NCBI GenBank assembly: GCA_025451235.1
Contig: JANWKT010000013.1
Span: forward strand, 2,260 to 66,259
Origin: Flavobacteriales bacterium
GTDB taxonomy: Bacteria; Bacteroidota; Bacteroidia; CAIKAF01
DNA length: 64,000 bases
Direction: 5' to 3'
Shown: positions 19,170-29,867 of the stretch, one piece after another
How positions within the stretch are numbered: position 1 is the first letter of the stretch
How the letters are laid out: every line of letters starts with the position of its first letter
Made by a program: the position numbers and the translations under genes
Notes under the pieces: generated by a model
The model's input: only the letters and a program-made list of their open reading frames with translations
Databases searched by the model: none
Told to the model about the DNA's origin: nothing

Positions 19170-21078
19170 TTTTTTAGCAATAGGACTATGTTTACTGGTT
19201 CCCGCATGGACTCAGAATTATACTCAATTATGTACCGAGGCGGATATACTATTTCCAGATGTGGATAAAGTGATCCTGGCCAAAAACTATTTTGTGGAAG
19301 TAAAACTGGAAGACGATACCATTGAATTAATTTCAACCAATAAAGAGATCACCTATATTCGTAAAAATGCCGATTTTAATAGTAAAGAATCTATTTATTA
19401 CTCTTCTGAGTTTAACAAGTTGAAGGAGGTAGCTGCATATACTTATAACTTAAATACCAGGAAAAGAACCAAGTTTGCAGGATATTCAACCGGGATGTAC
19501 CATAACAGTAATATTTTTTACGACGATAACCGGGAGGCTTATTTCTATTATCCGGATCTGGTGGATAATAGTGTTACAGAGTTAGAATATAAAATCCATT
19601 ACACCGATCCCCATCTATTGCCGGTTTATTATTTCGCGTTTTCCGATCCCGTATTATCCAGCAAGCTTACTATTTCTGTTCCTAAGGGTTGTGAGATCGG
19701 TTATATTCTAAAGGACCATGGGAAATATGAAGTGGATGTTCAACAGGAGACACGAAAGGATTTAACCCTATATACCTGGGAATTAAAGAACATACGTATT
19801 GACTCGAAACGAACAGAAGGGGTGCCAGCATCCTCCACATTTCCTCATGTTATTTTTTGGATAAAAAAATATTCAACCACTAACGGTGAAAAAGAGGTTT
19901 TATCTGGAATTAACGATCTATATGCCTGGTACAGGGAATTTTTGAAGCATGCGGAGACGAAGGATGAAATGATGGTAAAAAATATATCTGACTCAATAAC
20001 CAAGAATCTTTCTACGGATTTTGCCAAAGCATCTGCGATTTACGATTGGGTGCAAGGTAACATTAGCTACGTTGCCATGGAGGATGGCTATTCGGGATTT
20101 ATCCCGAGAACTGCTGATGCGGTGATCCGAAAAAAATATGGAGATTGTAAGGACATGGCAAATTTGCTTGTGAAATTAATGGAGTATGCCAACCTGGACG
20201 GAAGACATGTATGGATCGGCACTCGAGATATCCTGTATACATATCAGGAAGTATACACGCCGATCGTGGATAACCATATGATCGCGGCGGTTAAGATCGG
20301 AGAAGAGTATTATTTTATGGATGCAACCGGTAAATATATGCCCCTTGGCTTTCCAACCTCATTTATACAGGGGAAGGTTGGCCTGGTAGAAGAAAGGGAT
20401 AGTTTTTTGCTGATGGAGGTGAAAGTGGTGGATAAAAATAAGAACATGATCAAGGATTCAATTTCGATCCAGGTGATGGATAATAAAATAAGCAGTAATG
20501 GATTGTTAAGGATTGAAGGGTATCCGCTCATTGATATAAAACACGAATTGAGTTATGCAAAAAATATTTCTGAAAATAATTATTTTAAGAAACTTCTGAT
20601 AAAGGGTAATAATAAATTCAAGCTGCTGAACTATCACGTAGACATGGCCACCCAACAACCAAATGACATGACCATCAATTATGAATTTGAGTTGAATGAT
20701 TATGTTTTATCCAGCCAAAACGAACTATACATCAACCTGAACATCAGCAAAACGGATATTTCAAGTATTGATGAAAAGGTAGGATCCAATCCAATTATAT
20801 CTACCAATGATTATAATTACATTAAGGAAGATATTTTTTCCTTATCGATTCCTGCTGGTTACAAAGTCCGGTTTATACCCACTAATTATACGGTCGAAAA
20901 AGAGTATCTGCAATATTATTCTAGTTACGAGGCTGTAGGGAATCAACTGGTATTAACAAGAAAATTGGTATTGGATTATCTCAATCTGGATCAAAAATAC
21001 CTGCTTGAATACAATAACCTGGTGGATGAAATTCAAAAAACCGAACGATCGAATGTTTCACTTATAATCATTGAATGA
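19144..21078 (+). CDS. DUF3857 + transglutaminase-like domain protein with intact triad
   Basis: IYDWVQGNISYVAME, YGDCKDMA (Cys), DNHMIAAV (His), FMDAT (Asp); start set at MRWLTLY. Confidence 0.88.
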   Translation: MRWLTLYINFLAIGLCLLVPAWTQNYTQLCTEADILFPDVDKVILAKNYFVEVKLEDDTIELISTNKEITYIRKNADFNSKESIYYSSEFNKLKEVAAYTYNLNTRKRTKFAGYSTGMYHNSNIFYDDNREAYFYYPDLVDNSVTELEYKIHYTDPHLLPVYYFAFSDPVLSSKLTISVPKGCEIGYILKDHGKYEVDVQQETRKDLTLYTWELKNIRIDSKRTEGVPASSTFPHVIFWIKKYSTTNGEKEVLSGINDLYAWYREFLKHAETKDEMMVKNISDSITKNLSTDFAKASAIYDWVQGNISYVAMEDGYSGFIPRTADAVIRKKYGDCKDMANLLVKLMEYANLDGRHVWIGTRDILYTYQEVYTPIVDNHMIAAVKIGEEYYFMDATGKYMPLGFPTSFIQGKVGLVEERDSFLLMEVKVVDKNKNMIKDSISIQVMDNKISSNGLLRIEGYPLIDIKHELSYAKNISENNYFKKLLIKGNNKFKLLNYHVDMATQQPNDMTINYEFELNDYVLSSQNELYINLNISKTDISSIDEKVGSNPIISTNDYNYIKEDIFSLSIPAGYKVRFIPTNYTVEKEYLQYYSSYEAVGNQLVLTRKLVLDYLNLDQKYLLEYNNLVDEIQKTERSNVSLIIIE

Positions 21079-23048
21079 TGAAAAAACTGATATTATTTTT
21101 TCATGGAATACTGCTGGTTAGCCCGTTGCTAACCTACTCTCAGAATTATACCCAGTCTGTTGATTGGGACCCGGCTCCAGTACCCAGCAAAGCTGATTCT
21201 ACCAAACATCCGGGCTACCATTATAAGATCATGGACAAAGCGGTTAACGAGATTTTATTAGATGAGGAAGGGAAGCCGTTCTTTTTATATACAGTTCATT
21301 ACCGGGCTAAAATTCTTACCGAAGGAGGAATAGAGGTGAATAATAAAGTAGAGCTGCCGTTAAATGGAGTGCTTGAAATTGTAAAATTAAAGGCCAGAAC
21401 GATCCAGGAGGATGGAACAGTTACCAATCTCACCACTAATTCTATCAAACATATTGATAATTATAATGAATCTGGGGTTGACTATAAGATTTTCGCCTTT
21501 GAAGGTTTAAAGATCGGCTCGGAGATAGAGTACATCTATACTTTTAAAAAGAATCCGGTAACATCCGGATATACCTATCTTCAATGGAGTGTGGATGCCG
21601 AACGTGAAGAGTTTGATCTAGTGTATCCAACCTATCTTGATTTCAGGATCAAGACCTATGGTGAGAATGTTAAAATGACCACGGATACGGTAGAGTACAA
21701 AAACGCGAAGTATGTATCCAAGTCGGTTTATACTGAGAATGTAGTTGGGATCAGGGATGAACCTTATAGCAATTGGAAAAGCCATCTTAACCGGGTTGAT
21801 TATGTGTTGGACAAAAATCGTGAAACTGGGAATTACGAAATGAATACCTATAAACTACTGGCCCAAAATTATTATTCCAATCTTTATCCTGAAGAAGCCA
21901 CCCCGAACAAAAAGGCAATCTCTTTGGTTAAAAAAATAACCACCGACAAATCGGATAAATTGAAAATGGCCAAGGAAATTGAAAACTATATCAAGGCCAA
22001 TTTTAAATTGGTGGAATCTCCAAGCGACAAGAATACGAATCGTATTTTTTCAGGATTTACAGGAAGTGAAAGAGATCGTATTACAGCTTTTATAGAGATG
22101 TATAGGGCGGCCGGGTTTAAGGTGGAGTTGGTTTTCACCACTGACAATCGGTACAGAAAATTTGATCCGGATTTTCAAAGTCCCTCGAACTGCGGACAAT
22201 TTCTTATTTACTTGCCGGAGATCTCCTTTTTTATGTCTCCCGAAAATATTATCCTCAAATCAGGATATTATGAAACAGCCACCTTCGAGCAAAAAGGAAT
22301 GTTTATTAAACAGGTTTGTGTTGGAGATTTTTGCAGTGGAATTAGTTATACCGGATTTATTCCGGCGAAAACTGCTTCGGAAAGCGTGCATGATATGAAC
22401 CTGGATATATCTTTTAATAATGAAATGATTGGTGCAACCATAAAATTTGTCAATTCAATGACCGGATATCACGCCAGCAGCTATCAGCCAATATATGGTT
22501 TTTTGGAACCGGAGAACCAGAAGGAACTGTCAAAAAGTTTGGTGGAAGGGTTTGCCGGAGAATATCGCACTGCAGAGATTGAGGTGGAAAACGGGACCTA
22601 CCAGGACGCCTTCGATAAACCTTTTATTCTTAAAGGAACGGTGAATACTGAAGCTTTAATGGAAAGTGCAGGGGATAAATATTTGTTCAAGGTGGGATTC
22701 GTTTTGGGTGAGCAGTACGAATTATATGATAAGGAGAAGAGAAAACTACCTATCGAAAATGACTTCAACCGCATTTATTCGAGAACCATTAAGGTAAATA
22801 TCCCAGAGGGGTATGAAATTTTAAACTTGGCCGATTTCAAGAACAATAAGATCTCCTGTGATTTCAACGGAAAAGATGCAGCTGGTATAGCATTTACCTA
22901 TGAATTAAATGGCACTGTATTCACCATAACGATCAATGAATATTATAATATTCTGTTACTCCCTTTGGAAGAATATTCGGAATACCGGGATGTAATTAAT
23001 GGAGCGGCCGACTTTAATAAAAAGGTGATCGTTCTTGCCAAGAAATAG
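21075..23048 (+). CDS. DUF3857/DUF3858 protein with degenerate transglutaminase-like core
   Basis: LKARTI, FAFEGLKIGSEIEYIY and INGAADFNKKVIVL motifs; the position equivalent to GDCKD reads GSERD. Confidence 0.82.
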   Translation: MMKKLILFFHGILLVSPLLTYSQNYTQSVDWDPAPVPSKADSTKHPGYHYKIMDKAVNEILLDEEGKPFFLYTVHYRAKILTEGGIEVNNKVELPLNGVLEIVKLKARTIQEDGTVTNLTTNSIKHIDNYNESGVDYKIFAFEGLKIGSEIEYIYTFKKNPVTSGYTYLQWSVDAEREEFDLVYPTYLDFRIKTYGENVKMTTDTVEYKNAKYVSKSVYTENVVGIRDEPYSNWKSHLNRVDYVLDKNRETGNYEMNTYKLLAQNYYSNLYPEEATPNKKAISLVKKITTDKSDKLKMAKEIENYIKANFKLVESPSDKNTNRIFSGFTGSERDRITAFIEMYRAAGFKVELVFTTDNRYRKFDPDFQSPSNCGQFLIYLPEISFFMSPENIILKSGYYETATFEQKGMFIKQVCVGDFCSGISYTGFIPAKTASESVHDMNLDISFNNEMIGATIKFVNSMTGYHASSYQPIYGFLEPENQKELSKSLVEGFAGEYRTAEIEVENGTYQDAFDKPFILKGTVNTEALMESAGDKYLFKVGFVLGEQYELYDKEKRKLPIENDFNRIYSRTIKVNIPEGYEILNLADFKNNKISCDFNGKDAAGIAFTYELNGTVFTITINEYYNILLLPLEEYSEYRDVINGAADFNKKVIVLAKK

Positions 23049-23067
23049 ACCAGGATACTTGTATGCA

Positions 23068-23103
23068 TAAAAAAGCCCACAGTTTATATTGTGGGCTTTT
23101 TTT
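23068..23103. terminator. Bidirectional Rho-independent terminator
   Basis: aaaaaagcccaca-gtttatat-tgtgggcttttttt between convergent genes. Confidence 0.88.
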
Positions 23104-23123
23104 ACCAACTGAACCAATCAAAA

Positions 23124-26100
23124 TTATGCACTGATCTTGGTCAACCATTTACGGAAGGGGAGGATCAGTTTATGTTTTATTTTATAAGCTACTATATACA
23201 TACATGGTACCACCAATAAAGTAAGGAACGTGGCTACTGCTAATCCGAAAATAATGGTCCAGGCCAATGGTCCCCAGAAGGCTACATTGTCACCTCCTAA
23301 ATGTAAATGTGGATTACCATGTGCCAACAATCCTCCAAAATCAATATTCAAACCTATGGCCAATGGGATCAATCCTAATATAGCGGCCAAAGCAGTCAGG
23401 ATCACCGGTGTCATTCTGGTAGCACCCGCCTCGATAACGGCCTCATATACACCCAACCCTCGGGCTCTTAATTCATCTGTAAACTCGATCAATAAGATCC
23501 CGTTCCGGATCACAATACCTGCGAGGGCAAATACACCTACGCCGGTCATTACGATCGACATGTTCATACCGGCCACGGTAAATCCGAAGAATATACCGAT
23601 CATGCTAAATAATACCGTGCTGAAAATGAGTAAGGGTTTCACCGCTGAGTTAAATTGGATCACCATGATCAGGAACATGAGAGCCAGTGCACCTAAAAAG
23701 GCAATTCCCAAAAAGTCGGCTGTTTCTTTTTGATCCTCTGCCTGTCCAGTAATTTTTATATCATAACCTGCCGGCTTTTTATACTCATCAATAACCAGTT
23801 GAATTTGTTTATTGATGGCATCAGGGGTGGAGGTGGATTTCACCTTAGAAGATAAGTTCACCACCCGGCTTTGATTTTTCCGGTTGATCAGGTTAAACGA
23901 CTCCAATCTTTTTATTTCAGTAAGGGAAGAAATAGGGACTTGTTTGAATCTTCCGGTGGCCATATCCATAAAGGAGATATTTACGTTGGCCAACTGATAT
24001 ACATCCTGACGATATTCAGGCTTCAATCTCAACATGATGGGCACATCATCTTCCGCTCCTTTTAGCTTAGAAACTTCTTTTCCAAATAAAGCTGTACGTA
24101 ATTCTAATCCTACCTGCACAGTTGTAACTCCTTCGGCTTCCGCTTTCATGGCATCGGTTTGAAAAATGAACTCAGGTTTCCTTCTTTGCAGATCGGATTT
24201 GAGTTCCACCAGACCTTCAATATTTTCTTCTTCTATTTTTTGCTTCAGGTCGTTGGCAATGGAATCCAGGATGTTAAAATCATCTCCGGTGATCTCAATA
24301 TTTACAGGTGGGCCTGTAGGCGGGCCTGCCGGCTCTTTATCTACGTTGATGATTACACCGCTGATAGGTTCGTTTTCAAATTTCAGCCGAATCGCTTCCA
24401 GGGTTTTTCGGGTACTGAAGTTTTTTCGTTCCGAAAACTTAACAAATGCCACGGTTATTCTCACTTTATGTGGAGTTGGCACCCGATCTGGATTCTGAGG
24501 ATCTCCAGCATTCAATCCAATATTGGTAATAATGGATTCCACGTTCGGATTGTCTTTTCCTATTACTTCCTCAATTTTTTTCTCCAGGATCTTGGCAACA
24601 GAATCTGTTACAGAAGCATCTGTTCCCATGGGTAATTCTGCATATACATAGGTAAAATTAGGTTCCGGATCTGGGAAGAATTCTACTTTGGGCTTGCTGG
24701 CAACAAAGACGAAGAAACTAACCCCTAATAATATAAAGGACCCACCTACTGTAATCACAGGCATCCATCTCTTTACCAAGAAGGTGATCAACCTTTTATA
24801 CAAACGGGTAAACTTGGGCCAAGCTTTATCCTGGAACAAACGAACCAGTTTATTGAGAACAAAGAAATGCACCAGCACCATCACACTACAGAAAAGAAGT
24901 AAATTAGCAAGTACAGGAACTCTTAGTAAATGAAAGATCAATCCTAACAATCCCAGCACTCCGGTTGCAATCAATGTTTTCTTTAAATTCGGCTTTCTCA
25001 AATGTTCATCTTTCCGCATAAACGAAACCGCAAACACGGGGTTGATCACAAATGCCACAAACAAGGAAGCGCCTAAGGTTATAATAAGCGTAATAGGTAT
25101 ATACGACATGAACTTACCTACAACCCCTGGCCAGAATAGCAATGGAACGAATGGCCCTAAAGTGGTGAGTGTACCGGCTAACACTGGTATAAACACTTCC
25201 CCGGCCCCATATTTAGCTGCTTGTTCTATATTGAAAGGATATTTATGTAGCAGTCGATGCGTATTTTCGATGACCACAATGGCATCATCCACAATGATCC
25301 CTAATGCCAACAGGAAGGAGAACAATACAATTACATTGAGGGTAAAATCCAATCCCGGCATCAGCATAAAGGCGATGAAGGAAGAAAGCGGGCCGGCCAA
25401 GGCAACGAAGAAGGCCGATTTGAATCCCATAAAGAACATCAACACCACCAGCACCAAAATAAATCCTATGATCACTGTGTTGATCAGATCCGCTAATTGC
25501 ACCCTGGTTTGGTTGGATTGATCCCCGGTAATGATCACATCCAGGTTTTCAGGAAATTTAGTTTCTTTAAATTCAGCAATGATCTTTTTAATGGCATCAG
25601 ATGCCTGGATCAAATTCTCACCACTCCTTTTGATCACATTCAGGGTGATCACTTGTTTGCCATCTAATCGGGCATAGTCTTGTTTTTCTTTAAATCCATC
25701 CTTTACATCTGCAAAATCTCCTAATAAAGCAGTGGTTCCTGTAAAAGAGCGGATTACCAATGATTCGAGATTTTTTGGATCGGTTACCTGTCCGGTTACC
25801 CTTACATTTCGCCGTACACCGTTCTCAATTACTTCACCACCCGAAATGTTCACATTCCGGCGACCTACCGCTGCTTCAATGTCGCCAAAGGTAATACCTG
25901 CCTGCTGCATCTTAAAAAGATCCACCTCGATCTGAATTTCCCTTTCGAGTCCACCCACTTTGTCGACCCTCGTGATTTGCGGAAGGGTTTCTATTTTTTC
26001 TTCCAGGTCTTTTGCAAATTTTTCCAACTTATCCAGGGGAAGATCACCAGCCAAGTTAATGTTCATGATCGGCATTTCCGAAATGTCAAATTCCTGAATG

Positions 26101-26507
26101 GTGGGATCATCCATGAGATCTGCCGGCAGATCACTTTTTGATTTATCCACTGCATCCTGAACCTTTTGTTTGGCCATAGGCACTTTCATATCGGTGCCGA
26201 ATTCAACGGTAATGATCGATACATCACTTAAGGATTGTGAAGTAACCTTGCGAACTCCATTGATTGATTTGAGTTGCTTCTCAATGGGTTTGGTAACAAA
26301 GTTCTCAATATCTTCCGGGGTATTTCCAGGATAGATGGTGACCACCGAAATGGTAGGAACCACAATATCCGGGAATTGCTCCTTGGGAATTCTTATATAA
26401 GATACAATTCCAGCAATCGAAATAAGGATGGTAATTACATAAATGGCAGTACGGTTCTTGATACACCAGTTTGTAAATTTCAGTTCTTTTAGTTTCTCCA
26501 TTTCCAT
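23124..26507 (-). CDS. RND efflux transporter permease (AcrB/AcrD/AcrF family)
   Basis: LGIIVDDAIVVIEN, GIVIRNGILLIEF and RMTPVILTA motifs. Confidence 0.95.
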   Translation of the reverse strand: MEMEKLKELKFTNWCIKNRTAIYVITILISIAGIVSYIRIPKEQFPDIVVPTISVVTIYPGNTPEDIENFVTKPIEKQLKSINGVRKVTSQSLSDVSIITVEFGTDMKVPMAKQKVQDAVDKSKSDLPADLMDDPTIQEFDISEMPIMNINLAGDLPLDKLEKFAKDLEEKIETLPQITRVDKVGGLEREIQIEVDLFKMQQAGITFGDIEAAVGRRNVNISGGEVIENGVRRNVRVTGQVTDPKNLESLVIRSFTGTTALLGDFADVKDGFKEKQDYARLDGKQVITLNVIKRSGENLIQASDAIKKIIAEFKETKFPENLDVIITGDQSNQTRVQLADLINTVIIGFILVLVVLMFFMGFKSAFFVALAGPLSSFIAFMLMPGLDFTLNVIVLFSFLLALGIIVDDAIVVIENTHRLLHKYPFNIEQAAKYGAGEVFIPVLAGTLTTLGPFVPLLFWPGVVGKFMSYIPITLIITLGASLFVAFVINPVFAVSFMRKDEHLRKPNLKKTLIATGVLGLLGLIFHLLRVPVLANLLLFCSVMVLVHFFVLNKLVRLFQDKAWPKFTRLYKRLITFLVKRWMPVITVGGSFILLGVSFFVFVASKPKVEFFPDPEPNFTYVYAELPMGTDASVTDSVAKILEKKIEEVIGKDNPNVESIITNIGLNAGDPQNPDRVPTPHKVRITVAFVKFSERKNFSTRKTLEAIRLKFENEPISGVIINVDKEPAGPPTGPPVNIEITGDDFNILDSIANDLKQKIEEENIEGLVELKSDLQRRKPEFIFQTDAMKAEAEGVTTVQVGLELRTALFGKEVSKLKGAEDDVPIMLRLKPEYRQDVYQLANVNISFMDMATGRFKQVPISSLTEIKRLESFNLINRKNQSRVVNLSSKVKSTSTPDAINKQIQLVIDEYKKPAGYDIKITGQAEDQKETADFLGIAFLGALALMFLIMVIQFNSAVKPLLIFSTVLFSMIGIFFGFTVAGMNMSIVMTGVGVFALAGIVIRNGILLIEFTDELRARGLGVYEAVIEAGATRMTPVILTALAAILGLIPLAIGLNIDFGGLLAHGNPHLHLGGDNVAFWGPLAWTIIFGLAVATFLTLLVVPCMYIVAYKIKHKLILPFRKWLTKISA

Positions 26508-26539
26508 AGGAAAACGGTTTTAGATATTGGTGAATAAAT

Positions 26540-27682
26540 TTATTTCGTACTAATTACCTGACCATCTATTAAGTCCTGGTATCCATCTATAATAATAATG
26601 TCCCCTTCTTTTAAGCCAGAAAGAACCGAAGTATTTCCTCCATAGTCTCCTCCAGTTTCAATGTCCACTTTTTTGGCTTTCATCGATCCATCTTTTTGCT
26701 TTTCTGCAATCAATATATAATAGCTTCCGTCGATATTTTTCTGAAGTATTTTGGAAGGGATCACCAATGCATTTTCAGTGGTTTCATCATTGATACGGAT
26801 CTTGGCGATCAGGTTGGGACGTAAAAGTTTTTCCTTATTGTTGAGTTTAATATCTATGGTAAACGACCGCGACTGAGAACTTACCACCTGGCTTACAAAA
26901 CTAACCTTGGCTTCATAAGTTTTATCAATATCCGGAATATATACATTTACGGTAGCCCCTTTCTTGATCTTGCTGATATAAGTATCCGATACTTTGGCGG
27001 TGGCCTTCATATTATCCATATTTACCACTCGAATTCCATTGTATCCGGGAGAAGCCATTTCTCCCAGTTTAACAGTTATTTCATCAACAGTCCCCGAAAA
27101 AGGTGCAATTACTCTTGTCATGGCTAATTGCCCTTGTACGGCATTTTTTCTGGCTTGCATACTTTCCATTTGGGTTTTGGCTTGAAGATATTGGATTTCA
27201 CTTCCAATTTTCTGATCCCACAATCTTTTTTGTTTTTCATATGCGATGGTGGCCAATTCCAATCCAGTATTTACTTCCACCAACGTACTTTGAAGAGCGG
27301 ATGATTCTGTGGAGGCCATGACCGTTCCTCTACCTACTTTATCTCCAACCTTTACATTGATGCTGGTAATTAAACCGGGATTCGCCGGACTAACAAAGGC
27401 ATTTTGTTCAGAATCTATGGTTCCTTGCAATTCGATAAAGTGTTGAAAAGGCTGAGGCTTTAATTCAACAATGTTCACGAGTTTTTTCTTGGAGCTTTTA
27501 TCCGAGGTGTCGTTTTTAGCAATAAAGTCTTCCAGTTCAGCAATTTCTTTCTGGAGATCAACCAATTCCTGCTTTTTCTTGGTTAGCTTGGTTTTCTTTT
27601 TTTCCAGTTCGCTATTTCCGGTACTTCCACCGCAAGAAACCAGAACTGCGGAAATGGTTAAGATGGTAATAAGGCGCTTCAT
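26540..27682 (-). CDS. RND efflux periplasmic adaptor (MFP) lipoprotein
   Basis: Lipobox LVSC; APFSGTVD lipoyl motif; SGLKEGD. Confidence 0.93.
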   Translation of the reverse strand: MKRLITILTISAVLVSCGGSTGNSELEKKKTKLTKKKQELVDLQKEIAELEDFIAKNDTSDKSSKKKLVNIVELKPQPFQHFIELQGTIDSEQNAFVSPANPGLITSINVKVGDKVGRGTVMASTESSALQSTLVEVNTGLELATIAYEKQKRLWDQKIGSEIQYLQAKTQMESMQARKNAVQGQLAMTRVIAPFSGTVDEITVKLGEMASPGYNGIRVVNMDNMKATAKVSDTYISKIKKGATVNVYIPDIDKTYEAKVSFVSQVVSSQSRSFTIDIKLNNKEKLLRPNLIAKIRINDETTENALVIPSKILQKNIDGSYYILIAEKQKDGSMKAKKVDIETGGDYGGNTSVLSGLKEGDIIIIDGYQDLIDGQVISTK

Positions 27683-27703
27683 TTTATTTGGTCATTTAGT
27701 TAA

Positions 27704-29053
27704 TTAAAATTTATTCATTGATTTATCCAGCGCTATTTTTGAAACAAGAAGTTCGTAAATGGTCTGAAAATATTTTTGTTGAGCATCGAAATATTGTGAT
27801 TCTGCCTGGGTAAGGTTAAGGCTTGAGATCAATCCTTCCTTGTATTTGATCGTGTTCACTCTCCTGATCTCTCCGGCCAGCTCAAAATTTTCTTTGGCGG
27901 TACGTAATTTACCATAGTTATTTTTTACTGAGATCTTAGCACTCTTATACCCTAGTTCCAAACCATCCTGCACCATGAGTTTGGTGTTTTCTGTTTTTTG
28001 AATTTCAATTTTCAATTGTTTTAATTTGGATACACGATTCCAACTGGAAAAAATGGGCACCTTTAAGTTGAATCCCCAGATAACACCATTGAGGGTGGCA
28101 GTTGTACCATCAAGAAATATCCACCTGTCGTTATTAAAGAAATTTCCACCTACCTGAAAAAAGGTGGAAAGAGATGGATAAGCGGATGCCCTTTGTAATT
28201 TATATTGATACTTATCAAGGTTTAGTTTCTGGTCGATGAGCCGATAATCAATATTTGAAGTGATGTCAATGGAGTCTTGCAGGCTATCAACCAGGTTGTC
28301 ATAATTTGCATTCGCAATTAATGGTTCCAACTTATCGGTGAGAATGATCTCCTGATCCAGAGGATAAGCCATTTGGAACTTTAATGCATAGAGTGTTAAT
28401 GCGATGTTGTTTTCAAGCTGAACTGAAAGATCTTTGATTTGAGATTGGGTTAGCTTTAATTGTTTAACATCCAGCTCCTCGATCAAGCCTTCTTTGAATA
28501 TTTCTTCGGTTTGGGCAACTGTCTGTTCCAGCACTTTTAAAGTGGAATCAACTACCTTCTTTGACTCCTGTGCAATTAAAACAAGATAATAAGCCTTTAC
28601 CACTTCTTCTTTTACCCCAATATCCGTTTTTTCTTTTTGCTGGGTGAGAAGGTTACCATACGCTTTTGCCGCAGCAATTCCAATAAAATACTGGCCATTC
28701 ACCACCGACATGGAAGCAGTGGCCGACATGCTCATTGAATTAAGAGGCGATACCGGAATAGAAATGAATTGACCTGGAGGTCCACCGGCAAATGAAGCTG
28801 GTGCAACGAATACTGCAGGTGCGATATAGTATAAATAATCAATGTTCCCGTTGATCTGCGGCAATCCCATGGCAATATTTTCCATCACAAAGGCCTTCCC
28901 TTTCTGAATATCTAAAGTGGCATTTTTTGAATTGGAATGATTGGTTAATGCATATGCAACGGCTTGGTCTAAACTAAAACTCTTCACAGAATCGGATTGA
29001 GCTGCTAAACCTCCACAAAAAACGATTGACAAAATGAATAAGATTCTCTTCAT
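27704..29053 (-). CDS. TolC family outer membrane efflux protein
   Basis: SLDQAVAYAL, LKVPIFS and KYKEGLISSLNLTQAE motifs; lies in the RND operon. Confidence 0.92.
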   Translation of the reverse strand: MKRILFILSIVFCGGLAAQSDSVKSFSLDQAVAYALTNHSNSKNATLDIQKGKAFVMENIAMGLPQINGNIDYLYYIAPAVFVAPASFAGGPPGQFISIPVSPLNSMSMSATASMSVVNGQYFIGIAAAKAYGNLLTQQKEKTDIGVKEEVVKAYYLVLIAQESKKVVDSTLKVLEQTVAQTEEIFKEGLIEELDVKQLKLTQSQIKDLSVQLENNIALTLYALKFQMAYPLDQEIILTDKLEPLIANANYDNLVDSLQDSIDITSNIDYRLIDQKLNLDKYQYKLQRASAYPSLSTFFQVGGNFFNNDRWIFLDGTTATLNGVIWGFNLKVPIFSSWNRVSKLKQLKIEIQKTENTKLMVQDGLELGYKSAKISVKNNYGKLRTAKENFELAGEIRRVNTIKYKEGLISSLNLTQAESQYFDAQQKYFQTIYELLVSKIALDKSMNKF

Positions 29054-29056
29054 ACA

Positions 29057-29683
29057 TTATTGATTAAAATTCATTGATGCATAATTATCTGATAAATATT
29101 TTCTACCCTTATTACTGGCTATTGCACTTATATGGTATTTAAATACCTCTTTATATATCTCAATCGGATGAACATCCTTTCCAAAAGCATCCGAATTCTC
29201 AAAAATATTCATCACCATTAATATATAATTGGTGGAAAGAACTGCAGTATTGATATCCTGCCGGTAATACCCCTCCTGGATCCCTTTAATGAGATTTTCC
29301 TCAATACATTTTCTTGAAAATGTCCACATAAATTCCCTATGCATCGCATAAGCTTCTGGATGGTATTTTTTAAGATCATATAAAATATTGGGTGGGACAT
29401 CTCCTACATTTTGGACGATGCTTTTGAAAATTTCAAAATTTTCATCTATGGCATTCAGGTGCAGATCGATAATGGAACATATCTTCTCATGGTCCAGTTC
29501 CATGTCTAACTGTATGATCTGTTTGATCAGATCATTTTTATCCTCTACATATTGGTAAAGCGTTTTTTTGGATATTCCCATTTCCCTGGCAATATCATCC
29601 ATGGTCATACTTTTTACCCCATACTTGAGTATAAGTTTACCGGCTCCCTCTAATACCTTCTGTTTTTTAATATCCAATTCCAT
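29057..29683 (-). CDS. TetR/AcrR family regulator
   Basis: GVKSMTMDDIAREMGISKKTLYQY HTH. Confidence 0.93.
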   Translation of the reverse strand: MELDIKKQKVLEGAGKLILKYGVKSMTMDDIAREMGISKKTLYQYVEDKNDLIKQIIQLDMELDHEKICSIIDLHLNAIDENFEIFKSIVQNVGDVPPNILYDLKKYHPEAYAMHREFMWTFSRKCIEENLIKGIQEGYYRQDINTAVLSTNYILMVMNIFENSDAFGKDVHPIEIYKEVFKYHISAIASNKGRKYLSDNYASMNFNQ

Positions 29684-29734
29684 GATTTACTGATAAATAA
29701 TCCGAAACTTGGCGCAAAAGTTGAAATAAATCCC

Positions 29735-29768
29735 ATGGGAAACAAATTTATTTTAAAACGTTTCCATA
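29735..29768. promoter_or_regulatory. Putative TetR operator (inverted repeat)
   Basis: GGAAAC-N16-GTTTCC (29738-29765) upstream of tetR. Confidence 0.4.
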
Positions 29769-29867
29769 GTTTTTAAGGGTTTTTAACCTGAAGAGCCTAA
29801 ATCAACATAAAGAGTCTGAAAACCAATCGCGAAGTCCCTTAAAAACCTATTTTAGCAAAAAAAAACC

